Virus record (IMG/VR): IMGVR_UViG_3300037333_000017
Coordinates: 86,295-106,101 of that record
Length of the DNA stretch: 19,807 nucleotides
Source: a virus
Lineage: Duplodnaviria; Heunggongvirae; Uroviricota; Caudoviricetes
Strand: one strand, 5' to 3'
The first letter of the stretch is position 1. Each line of letters opens with the position of its first letter. The notes under the pieces were generated by a model. That model was not told the origin of the DNA, ran no database searches, and saw only the letters and a list, made by a program, of their open reading frames with translations. This document shows positions 10,377 through 18,304 of the stretch, one piece after another. The position numbers were made by a program, and so were the translations under genes.

Positions 10377-10547
10377 ATGAATAAATCCATTATTGAAGCG
10401 GCAGTTATTACCGCTATTAGGGTAACGAGCAGAACACTCGATAAGGTAGACTTAAAAGAGTTCAAACCCAAGACACCAGAAGATAGAGAGATGCAGAGAA
10501 GTCATATTTTCTCTGCTATGGCAAAATCGATTAAAGGGAGAATGTAA
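10377..10547 (+). CDS. Small hypothetical protein (56 aa), below the ORF-track length cutoff
   Basis: AAAAGGAA SD, then ATG at 10377. Translation: MNKSIIEAAVITAIRVTSRTLDKVDLKEFKPKTPEDREMQRSHIFSAMAKSIKGRM. Its TAA overlaps the next ATG (TAATG), and it fills the gap in the operon exactly. Confidence 0.75.
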   Translation: MNKSIIEAAVITAIRVTSRTLDKVDLKEFKPKTPEDREMQRSHIFSAMAKSIKGRM

Positions 10548-11866
10548 TGGAGAGGTTTTTAGACGGAGCGTGTGAAGTACTACGTGGACGCAAACTTGCA
10601 GTTAAACCAGGTTCTATCATAACTGAACTAATGGTATATAAGAACAAAGTAACTCCAGAGTTAGACGCTAGGGTAGAGGAGCTATCTACAGGTATTGCTT
10701 CTGATCTTATGAGGTTTAAAAACGATTACATAAACGCTATGGGCGAGATAGAGAGAAACGTACTGAATAGCGTAGCGAGTGAGATTAGTTCCATTGGCGT
10801 AGAGGTAGAAGATATGTATGAGGTAAACATACCAGACTTTGTTAGGTCATATGTATCGTCGGAAATTCTAGAACCCGGAAAGGTTTCTCCTCACACTAGT
10901 CTCACTGGTATCGTGGCACATCTCCCACCAGTGGATGGTTTAGCGAGTATCGTTACGATCGGGTCTGGCGAGTTAAAGGACAATATAGTTAAGTTTATAG
11001 AGGGCGTAGGGGAGCAAAAACTAAAGAATGTACATAAAGCGTGCTTAAGTAATGTATCTTACGATAATAGTGCGATAGCTGATATCTTATCGTGTAGAAT
11101 TAATAGACACACCGCACCACACTTTGAGAACTTATTAGTGTTGTTCCTACTGACTAACGCAATTATTAGAATGGATAGTTTTGGTAACGTCCCTAGTTCG
11201 TCTTATAAGGTAGCTATAGACTCATTGAGAAGAGAAGTTATTCGTATCATAAACATCAACTTAGGCATCTATGAAGAGGCTGTAAATAATAATGTAGTTG
11301 TACTTGACGCGTTAAAGGGTCTGGTTGTTCTACCAAGAAACCTAGAGAAGGGTTTAACAAAAGAAGATTTCTCGATAGAAGCCGTTTATGCCATCAGACT
11401 TGGTAATTCTACTAGATCTGATAGCTCTGCAGGTAAGGATTCTTGGACGTACTCTGAACTAAAAGACGCTAATCACTCATTAGAGATGCAATGGGACGAG
11501 CACTATAGTAAAAAGATATTAGAGAAGAGAACAAAACTAACGCGTACTATGTCATATGTGTTAGCGGATGAGCTAAGTAATTATATCGGGACGATGGATG
11601 CGGCGGAAACAGATAAGGTAGCGTTCAGGAAAGAGATGATTAACTTTCTAGATACTACGGGTATCATTTCTGAAGATAACATCAGTGATGTTGTAAGATA
11701 CGTATTCATTACCATACTCTATAAAAATACGGGACTAGCTTATTTTACTAACAAGATAAAAATGTACAAAAGCAAAGCTTTCGGATATAGTATGGATAGA
11801 GCGATAACACTTGCAATAGGTGACATTGTTGTGGAAATCATAGCGAACGACATAACGGTCCAGTAA
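10547..11866 (+). CDS. Probable virion head protein (position of phiKZ gp177 / SPN3US gp243)
   Basis: 439-aa ORF with TAATG coupling on both sides. Assigned by synteny between vRNAP beta and the gp176/gp175 equivalents; no motif recognised. Confidence 0.6.
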   Translation: MERFLDGACEVLRGRKLAVKPGSIITELMVYKNKVTPELDARVEELSTGIASDLMRFKNDYINAMGEIERNVLNSVASEISSIGVEVEDMYEVNIPDFVRSYVSSEILEPGKVSPHTSLTGIVAHLPPVDGLASIVTIGSGELKDNIVKFIEGVGEQKLKNVHKACLSNVSYDNSAIADILSCRINRHTAPHFENLLVLFLLTNAIIRMDSFGNVPSSSYKVAIDSLRREVIRIININLGIYEEAVNNNVVVLDALKGLVVLPRNLEKGLTKEDFSIEAVYAIRLGNSTRSDSSAGKDSWTYSELKDANHSLEMQWDEHYSKKILEKRTKLTRTMSYVLADELSNYIGTMDAAETDKVAFRKEMINFLDTTGIISEDNISDVVRYVFITILYKNTGLAYFTNKIKMYKSKAFGYSMDRAITLAIGDIVVEIIANDITVQ

Positions 11867-12594
11867 TGAAGATATTATCGAATACTCTGAAAAGAAACGA
11901 CGCACTTATAAAGTCTAAATTAAACGAGACGAAAGGGAACATATCTGTTAAAGAGAAGTTACACGCCCTGATACCTAAACGGTATCAGAACGCGGGCCTA
12001 TTCGCTATAGGTAGAAGAGTGTCTTCTGTTGCGATATTTATTCTGTCGGATGACAATAATAACTACGCGTTATTAAAGACACCTATAACTATCACACTAG
12101 AACCTAGTGTCATAGAGGACGTTACCCTAGACGGAGTAGATTATATTCGCCTTACCTTTAACAAGGGAGACTTATTCTTAGCGGATAGGGAAGTTATTCA
12201 GGACAGCGGTTTCGTCTTTGATATGGTTGAAGATTTCAACGTTAAAGGGAAGATACCGCTATTCTTAACTCCGTTCGACCTAATGGACATCTACTCTAAG
12301 GCTCGTAAGTACTTAAATAGTGGTGTGGCCGATAACAGTCTCGGTATCGAACTGTCGATAGCGATAAACGCCAGAGCGAATACAGACTCTAAAATACCAA
12401 TTAGGTTGGCTAAGAAAGACTTGCGTAAACTGAAATTTTCCGACGTTAAATACATCGGATTAAACAACGTATTCAACGGTAGGGCTACTAACATCGCGAA
12501 GTTCACCGGAAGATACTTTAACGATAGTCTCACGTCTATTATGTTAGATGAGGATAACATAGAGGCAGATATCGAGAAATATTATAAGCTTTAG
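11866..12594 (+). CDS. Probable virion RNAP beta' C-terminal fragment (phiKZ gp176-like)
   Basis: 242 aa, immediately upstream of the protease as in phiKZ and SPN3US. The C-terminal YIGLNNVFNGRATNIAKFTGRYFNDSLTSIML aligns loosely by eye with bacterial beta' [32 protein letters not shown]. Confidence 0.7.
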   Translation: MKILSNTLKRNDALIKSKLNETKGNISVKEKLHALIPKRYQNAGLFAIGRRVSSVAIFILSDDNNNYALLKTPITITLEPSVIEDVTLDGVDYIRLTFNKGDLFLADREVIQDSGFVFDMVEDFNVKGKIPLFLTPFDLMDIYSKARKYLNSGVADNSLGIELSIAINARANTDSKIPIRLAKKDLRKLKFSDVKYIGLNNVFNGRATNIAKFTGRYFNDSLTSIMLDEDNIEADIEKYYKL

Positions 12595-12603
12595 GAGAGT
12601 TTA

Positions 12604-13362
12604 ATGAGTAAACTAGTAATAGCATCACACATAGCTAAAGTCGTTCGCGATAAGGGCGGCGTTAAAAAAGATAAAGACGGGTACTACTACGTTAGATTAG
12701 GGACATTCGGTGTACCAGTAGCGTCTGGTATCTTGTACCTTTATGACGAAAATTTGAAGAAAGTTTTGCGAGACCCAAACAGTCCGTTAAATTTTAGACT
12801 AAAATCAGGGTACCTTAGAAGCGAATACGGTCACCCACAGAGAAAGCCAGGTATGTCGGATAACGATTACTTCGCTAGACTACAGAGACTCGAACCGACA
12901 TTACAGTGCGCAAACATACGCGAACTCGTTATTCATGAGAACAAGGAAGCTCCTAATAGTGCCACTGTGTACGGATGGGTCAGACCATCTGGACCTTACG
13001 CTGACTGCATTATACAGGAGCTTGAAGACGATAACGTGAACTCTGCGTGGTCAGTAAGAACAATAGCCGAACAGTTTGTGAAAAACGGAAGGGTTGTGCG
13101 TATTATCAAGTCGTTATTTACTTGGGATTATGTAACAACACCTGGTGTCTCTAACGCTAGTAAAATAGGCGCGTTAGAAGAACTCATCGTTGACTTAAAT
13201 GACGCTGACGCTGTCTCTATGTTCAGAGATAATGTTTCGAGTAAGATGGATTCGTATGAGACAGCTGGTATGGAAGAGGAGGTCCGTAACTCTAAAGAGA
13301 TATTGGATATCATAGAAGAGTGCACAGGTTCTAACTGTCTAGTTAGATATTGGAATAGCTAA
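12604..13362 (+). CDS. Prohead maturation serine protease (phiKZ gp175-like)
   Basis: SEYGHP (putative catalytic His), AWSVRT (putative catalytic Ser) and TWDYVTTPG, followed by ASKIGALE, a candidate autocleavage site 60 residues from the C-terminus. Synteny agrees. Confidence 0.88.
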   Translation: MSKLVIASHIAKVVRDKGGVKKDKDGYYYVRLGTFGVPVASGILYLYDENLKKVLRDPNSPLNFRLKSGYLRSEYGHPQRKPGMSDNDYFARLQRLEPTLQCANIRELVIHENKEAPNSATVYGWVRPSGPYADCIIQELEDDNVNSAWSVRTIAEQFVKNGRVVRIIKSLFTWDYVTTPGVSNASKIGALEELIVDLNDADAVSMFRDNVSSKMDSYETAGMEEEVRNSKEILDIIEECTGSNCLVRYWNS

Positions 13363-13365
13363 AGA

Positions 13366-13394
13366 AGATAGACCTCCGCTAAGGAGGTCTATCT
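13366..13394. terminator. Probable bidirectional terminator hairpin between convergent operons
   Basis: AGATAGACCTCC-gctaa-GGAGGTCTATCT is a perfect 12-bp stem. T-rich sequence follows on both strands (GTATTTT on +, TCTTT on -). Confidence 0.75.
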
Positions 13395-13681
13395 GTATTT
13401 TCATGTTCTTTTTCCCATCTTCTTAATGTTTTAGTCTGGTATCTATACTTACCGATAACGCGTAACAGCTCTATAATGTATAGACTGTTGACGCGCTCTC
13501 GAGTTAGAGGATCGAGTCTGATATATACTTCTTTATCTATTGGTTTTGGTACACTATAAAGTCTCGACATAGAGACTGGTGGTAACACAACCTTAGTTAC
13601 TGTAACAGTCTTTATGGTGGGTGTCAATAGTGAGCAGCCGTTAATGCCTAGTAGTAATAAGACTACAATAAGTGTTTTCAT
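13379..13681 (-). CDS. Outer-membrane spanin (o-spanin, Rz1-like lipoprotein)
   Basis: MK, a hydrophobic h-region and a lipobox-like GINGC (Cys16), then a Pro/Thr/Val-rich linker. Strong SD AAGGAGG. Overlaps the upstream i-spanin candidate by 4 bp. Confidence 0.75.
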   Translation of the reverse strand: MKTLIVVLLLLGINGCSLLTPTIKTVTVTKVVLPPVSMSRLYSVPKPIDKEVYIRLDPLTRERVNSLYIIELLRVIGKYRYQTKTLRRWEKEHENTDRPP

Positions 13682-14001
13682 CTAGATACCTCCTTATACA
13701 TATCGTATATAGCGTTTATGCTAGCCTCAGCGCTAGTGTCTAACCCTAGCGTTTTTACGTTCCTTATAAAGGCTTCATCGTACTCTGCGTTGCGGGCCGT
13801 TAAGTTTCTGTCTAGTTCGTCAGTTATTGTTCTGTCGTTTTCCATTATTTCGTTAGTAGCCTTTAAATTAGAATTGTCTAACTCTAATCTAGTATTGTCT
13901 ATCTCTAGTGTTCTGAAGTCGTTTGTCATGCTCTTAATAACTAGTACGATAATTGTAACTACCCCTATCCATACGGTCCATTTATTAAATATACTAAACA
14001 T
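13678..14001 (-). CDS. Inner-membrane spanin (i-spanin, Rz-like)
   Basis: Single N-terminal TM segment (WTVWIGVVTIIVLVI) followed by a heptad-like helical region (LEIDNTRLELDNSNLKATNEIME). Lies directly upstream of a lipoprotein gene. Confidence 0.72.
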   Translation of the reverse strand: MFSIFNKWTVWIGVVTIIVLVIKSMTNDFRTLEIDNTRLELDNSNLKATNEIMENDRTITDELDRNLTARNAEYDEAFIRNVKTLGLDTSAEASINAIYDMYKEVSR

Positions 14002-14867
14002 CAGAAAACCAACATCGATGCTACTCTGTTATCTATCCCTGACGGTTCGTCTTTGGACGGTGTCGAGGATAGTAGGGATGATTCGGATAGGTCTCTATAC
14101 TTTGTTGCCCCAGAGAAAATAGAGATATCTGACGTATCTTTAAAAGAAGGGTTTGTTTTCTCCAACAGTGAGTTCGCCGTATCGAAAGATGCATCAGACT
14201 TATCGTTATTAAACGATGACAGAGCATTTGCAGTTATGTTCGGGTCGTATGACCTTATGTCTTTAGACAGTCCCAAATCAACCACTTCGTTCATGAATGA
14301 TATAGAGTTATCATTCGGCATACTAAGCATGGAACTAATCGTACCACCTAAGAGTGAATCAACTTCACCATCAGTAAGGTTACTATCAGATAATGTGTCT
14401 TTCATGATGCTTAGTGTACCAGTCTGACCAACACATATGAGTGCGTTTAATGACGCTAGTATGCTGAATGAATATCCACTCAATGTTAAATTATTGTTGT
14501 TTAGGTTATTAGCGAGATTATTACACGCTGAATTGTACGTCGCGAAGAAACTGTTAGAGTCCGCTATGTTGAAACCAAAACCAGATAACATAGAACTAAC
14601 GAAATTGGTGAGCCAGTCTATTATTGATTTCAAGAACGACCCATTAAATAAGGCCTTAAGAGAATTGAAGATATCCATAAACTTATCTATCATAGACTTT
14701 ATCATATCTTTCAAACCACCTAGAAAGTCTGATACGCCATCTATAGAAAGAAGTATGTCTTTGAACGCTCCTGTCTTATTTATGAAGTCTTCCGCTTCAG
14801 TCAGGTCTATAAAGCTGTTTACATCAAACTTCTCGTCGATAGAACTTATCGTTTTTAAACCTCCCAT
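14001..14867 (-). CDS. Hypothetical protein (288 aa, Ser/Asn/Asp/Leu-rich), first gene of the spanin operon
   Basis: AAAAGGAG SD before ATG 14867. Its TGA overlaps the i-spanin ATG (TGATG). No family recognised. Confidence 0.75.
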   Translation of the reverse strand: MGGLKTISSIDEKFDVNSFIDLTEAEDFINKTGAFKDILLSIDGVSDFLGGLKDMIKSMIDKFMDIFNSLKALFNGSFLKSIIDWLTNFVSSMLSGFGFNIADSNSFFATYNSACNNLANNLNNNNLTLSGYSFSILASLNALICVGQTGTLSIMKDTLSDSNLTDGEVDSLLGGTISSMLSMPNDNSISFMNEVVDLGLSKDIRSYDPNITANALSSFNNDKSDASFDTANSLLEKTNPSFKDTSDISIFSGATKYRDLSESSLLSSTPSKDEPSGIDNRVASMLVF

Positions 14868-14972
14868 TATTACTCCTTTTGTTAATCAATAGAAATAGTA
14901 AGACTTCCGAGAAATAATTAAATAGATATTATACACGTGTTATTTGACATTAATAAAAAAAAAAGGAGTAAC

Positions 14973-15548
14973 ATGAAAGAGGTAATTAAGAGTAGGTTCA
15001 TCATAGAGATATTCGAAACAATAGGATTCTCCCTATACGTCGTTTTCGTATACTCTCACATAGATTCGTTAACGATGGGTATAGACGCGTACATATCGCA
15101 AACAGCGCTTCTCGCTGAGATAATGATGCTCAGTTATGTAGTAGTAAAAAACTACGTGAAGAAGTATAGAGACGCGGTATTATTCAAGCTCGCATTGACG
15201 TTCGTGTATATGTCAACTAGTGCGTTAGGTCTATACACAAATGACGTAACACTCATAATTATAATAGCGGGATATACGAAAGGACTCGCAGGTGTAACCA
15301 ATTTATTATACAGTAAATTGTTTACTATGGAATTGATGAGTAGGTACGATAGGTTCTCATCTAGAGTATACGAATCATATACAGATACTATGAATGGCAT
15401 AACGGCTAAGGTGAGTATTGCTGTCTTCGCTATTACGACACCGTTAACGAGTCTAGATATAGACTGGAGATACTTCGTGTGTATTATGCTAGTCACTGAC
15501 GCGTATGTAATATACTCAGAATATAAGATACGTAAGTTATTAAAGTAA
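14973..15548 (+). CDS. Multi-pass membrane protein (191 aa, ~5-6 hydrophobic segments)
   Basis: A10 tract plus AGGAG SD before ATG 14973, preferred over the track's GTG at 14937. Repeated ~20-residue hydrophobic stretches and a basic C-terminus (KIRKLLK). Confidence 0.75.
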   Translation: MKEVIKSRFIIEIFETIGFSLYVVFVYSHIDSLTMGIDAYISQTALLAEIMMLSYVVVKNYVKKYRDAVLFKLALTFVYMSTSALGLYTNDVTLIIIIAGYTKGLAGVTNLLYSKLFTMELMSRYDRFSSRVYESYTDTMNGITAKVSIAVFAITTPLTSLDIDWRYFVCIMLVTDAYVIYSEYKIRKLLK

Positions 15549-15598
15549 CATCCGAATTTATTATACCTATATATAATAAGAGTGACTAAACTAGATTA
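15549..15598 (+). promoter_or_regulatory. Repeated 50-bp promoter-like cassette, copy A (candidate early promoter)
   Basis: CATCCGAATTTATTATACCTATATATAATAAGAGTGACTAAACTAGATTA is 46/50 identical to 19414-19463. It contains TATAAT, is intergenic and lies upstream of a small + strand gene. Confidence 0.7.
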
Positions 15599-15614
15599 TG
15601 ACCTTAATGGTCCG

Positions 15615-15634
15615 GTACTACAGTAATGTAGTAC
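15615..15634 (+). other. Leader stem-loop (8-bp stem, GTAA tetraloop)
   Basis: GTACTACA-GTAA-TGTAGTAC, between cassette A and the next SD. Confidence 0.55.
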
Positions 15635-15686
15635 AGCTCTCTATGTGTTTTCACGGACATATAGAATAATATAGAAAGGAGCAAAC

Positions 15687-15893
15687 GTGAGAAAAGTTAA
15701 TAAGACATGGAAAGAAATCCTAGCTAATGGGATCGCTGACGCGATCCTCAAAGCGGCATCGCGCCGCGGTATCGAAATTGAGTCGTCGCTAAAGGGTTCA
15801 GCGACTCTCAAGAAATCGTCGTTACTGAACGAGTCTACCGTGGTATTCGACACCACGGTAACACACAAGGTAAAGGTAGACCACGGGGAGTAA
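15687..15893 (+). CDS. Small basic hypothetical protein (68 aa)
   Basis: AAAGGAG SD 5 nt before a GTG start. Lies downstream of the repeated cassette and ends in a hairpin. Confidence 0.7.
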   Translation: MRKVNKTWKEILANGIADAILKAASRRGIEIESSLKGSATLKKSSLLNESTVVFDTTVTHKVKVDHGE

Positions 15894-15934
15894 TCCACGT
15901 GGTCTACTGGACCCTTCGATATTCTTTTTTTTTT
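15876..15934 (+). terminator. Terminator-like hairpin with distal T10 tract
   Basis: GTAGACCACG (15876-85) pairs with CGTGGTCTAC (15898-907). The inner GGA/TCC pair closes a GTAA loop. T10 at 15925-15934. Confidence 0.6.
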
Positions 15935-15959
15935 ACTTGAGAATATTAAAAGGATACAT

Positions 15960-18302
15960 ATGATTGACATTATTGGACAAGAACCTACTGGGAGATACGA
16001 CCTATCTCGTTTAGAAAGAGTCGCCGCGTTAGAGGAAGTAAATCTACTGCACGATGGACTAGAAGGATTTATGCGAGAGAATGAAGCCGAAACGGCGGTT
16101 GCAGATAAACTAGAGCATAGCGTGAGTGTTCTTAAAGGAATTACCCCGGATCGCTCTTCTGCTGTATACGCGCTTGAAGAAGCAAACTTGACATTCTCTA
16201 AGTACGGACAGGGAGTTAAATCCCTACAGACAACGAACGGTTTGGAACATAGAGACCCAAATGTTATTATCGTAGCGGCTATCGAAGAGAAGATGAACTT
16301 TATCAAGGCCCTCTACTTAAAGGCTGCTACATTCGTAACACAACTCATCAATAAGGTTAAGACATATGCTGGTAAGGTTATTATTTATTTTAGTTCTAAA
16401 GCCAAGTCTCTGGATGATACCATTAAGAAATTAGAGGGTATGACTGTAGAGGAACTTAAGGTTGATACGGAAAAAGCAGTAGGGATCTATGACAAAACCC
16501 CTGTTCTAAAAATAAGTAATACGCCGCTATTTGAAGCTATGACTACCTTATGGGAAACTATGAAAAATATAGACATTAAGGGCATTAGTGAGAAAGAGGT
16601 CGGTAAAGGGTCTCCGTTGGATAACAAGGTCGTTACCGACGCATTCACAAAAAAACTAACAGGAACTAAGACATTCCTATCTACTACGAATGGCTATAGT
16701 TCAGGTTTTAAATTACACGTCGTTTCTTTTTCGGATAAGAAGGCTAGGTTAATTATCGACGGAGAACAAGACGGAAAACGTAAAGTACGTTCATTGGTAT
16801 TAGACTTATCCGAAGTAGTCTTACCCGGAACAGTAGCTGAAGAGAAGATCAAAAGGGAAGACGTTATCAAAACCCTAAAAAGTATGAATGTTGCAAAAGA
16901 TACATTTAGTAAAGCTTTTGACACTGCTAACAAACAGGCGAGCGAAATCCTAAAGGAGATTAGAGCAGACGTTACGAAGGCTAGGGAAGGCGGATATGAC
17001 GATAACGTTAAGTTCTCGATCGCGTTCAAGAAAGTTCTAGCTTCGTCAGGGTTCGGCGCTTGTATGGATTTGTTCTCGTTACATAGATCATTCAGTTCTA
17101 GTATCGTATCGTTTGTAGACACTACATCACCGCTAGAGATCGTTGCCGAAGAGACCAAGAAAGTTGTTGCCGCTACTGTAAAAGAAGCGAAAGAACAAAA
17201 GGACGGTATCTTTAAGCGCATATACGCTAGTCTAACATCTATGATGAGTAAGGACAAGACACTTAAGAACTTCGAGAAACACTTGATCTATAAGGAGTTT
17301 AAGAAAGAAGAAGCCGAAGAAACAAAACTTACTATTCTATATGTCTACTTACAGTCGGTGGAAGGCGTTAACACTACGGTCTATCCATCACTCGTCTTAG
17401 CGTATGGTATCGATGATACTATTAACTATATTAACCAGGATGATAAGTTAGATAAGAAAATCAAAGACGACCTTATCGCGTTCTTGAAAAAGTATGCTGT
17501 TAAAGCAAAAACTCCTGCAAAACTACCTGAAAAAATCGAGATGTCTTCTGAACCGACAGAGAAAGAAGTTAAAGAGACACTGAAAAAATTAGGCGTCTCT
17601 AGAAATTCAATCCTAGAGTTTTTTACTAGGAATAAACCACAGGTAGATAATCTAGATACTCCTACCGCTGAAAAACTAAAGAAAGAACTTAAGGACATCA
17701 CAGCACTTAAAGATAAGGTTACAACTGTTATCGAGTATGCTGAGAAGACTATGGAAGAAGATAGAGTTAAAGGTTTAGATAAATACCTCATGCTCACCCT
17801 GAATAAAGGTTATAGCGACGGCGCGATTCTAGCTATGTTAAGACCAACAGATGACGATTACCGCGCTATCTTTGAGCTTAATCTGCTATCTCCTGACACA
17901 ACCCCTAAAGAAGGCGTTAAACTATCTGGAGAGTTTGGTGAGTTCTATAGAAGTCTAACAGATATTGTAAGTATTCTCGAAAGACCAAATACATACGAAA
18001 AGACTAAAGGATTAAAACCACTGACTAAGAAGACTATAAACAGGATTCTTGAAGTGGTACTTATCAACGGAGGGAAAGCGTCAGATGGGTCGTCTAAAGC
18101 AGCTGTAGTTAAGACACTATTCAAAGGTAGAGTTATCGAGCTTCCTACTAACGTTCAGAAGTATTTAGATGGTTACGGTCCTGAGTTTAGAATGGAGATG
18201 AAGAAGGCTTTAGCCAAATCTAGAAACAAATACTTATCATTCTTACTCACAGAAACATCTGTATTTAGAAAGCCTCTCGTAGAAGCAAAACTTAAGAAGT
18301 AG
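15960..18302 (+). CDS. Internal head (inner-body/ejection) protein, phiKZ gp93/gp162-family-like N-terminal half with a long C-terminal extension
   Basis: The acidic N-terminal region is rich in S/A/G-X-E protease sites (ALE25, GLE35, ALE73, GLE96, AIE109). It is followed by an amphipathic helix (KMNFIKALYLKAATFVTQLINKVK), as in phiKZ-like processed head proteins. 780 aa. Confidence 0.7.
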   Translation: MIDIIGQEPTGRYDLSRLERVAALEEVNLLHDGLEGFMRENEAETAVADKLEHSVSVLKGITPDRSSAVYALEEANLTFSKYGQGVKSLQTTNGLEHRDPNVIIVAAIEEKMNFIKALYLKAATFVTQLINKVKTYAGKVIIYFSSKAKSLDDTIKKLEGMTVEELKVDTEKAVGIYDKTPVLKISNTPLFEAMTTLWETMKNIDIKGISEKEVGKGSPLDNKVVTDAFTKKLTGTKTFLSTTNGYSSGFKLHVVSFSDKKARLIIDGEQDGKRKVRSLVLDLSEVVLPGTVAEEKIKREDVIKTLKSMNVAKDTFSKAFDTANKQASEILKEIRADVTKAREGGYDDNVKFSIAFKKVLASSGFGACMDLFSLHRSFSSSIVSFVDTTSPLEIVAEETKKVVAATVKEAKEQKDGIFKRIYASLTSMMSKDKTLKNFEKHLIYKEFKKEEAEETKLTILYVYLQSVEGVNTTVYPSLVLAYGIDDTINYINQDDKLDKKIKDDLIAFLKKYAVKAKTPAKLPEKIEMSSEPTEKEVKETLKKLGVSRNSILEFFTRNKPQVDNLDTPTAEKLKKELKDITALKDKVTTVIEYAEKTMEEDRVKGLDKYLMLTLNKGYSDGAILAMLRPTDDDYRAIFELNLLSPDTTPKEGVKLSGEFGEFYRSLTDIVSILERPNTYEKTKGLKPLTKKTINRILEVVLINGGKASDGSSKAAVVKTLFKGRVIELPTNVQKYLDGYGPEFRMEMKKALAKSRNKYLSFLLTETSVFRKPLVEAKLKK

Positions 18303-18304
18303 GT

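Noticed and set aside
4661-13325. Minus-strand ORFs overlapping the RNAP and protease operon
   Set aside because: They lie antisense to well-supported genes and have shadow-type composition.
13718-14892. Plus-strand ORFs 13718-14122, 14053-14427, 14437-14892 and nested minus ORF 14033-14227
   Set aside because: They overlap the coupled minus-strand operon, which has SDs and coherent products.
14937-14972. GTG start at 14937 and a TTGACA hexamer at 14944-14949 as a sigma70 -35
   Set aside because: ATG 14973 has a clear SD while the GTG has none. No TATAAT-like hexamer lies 16-18 bp downstream of the TTGACA.
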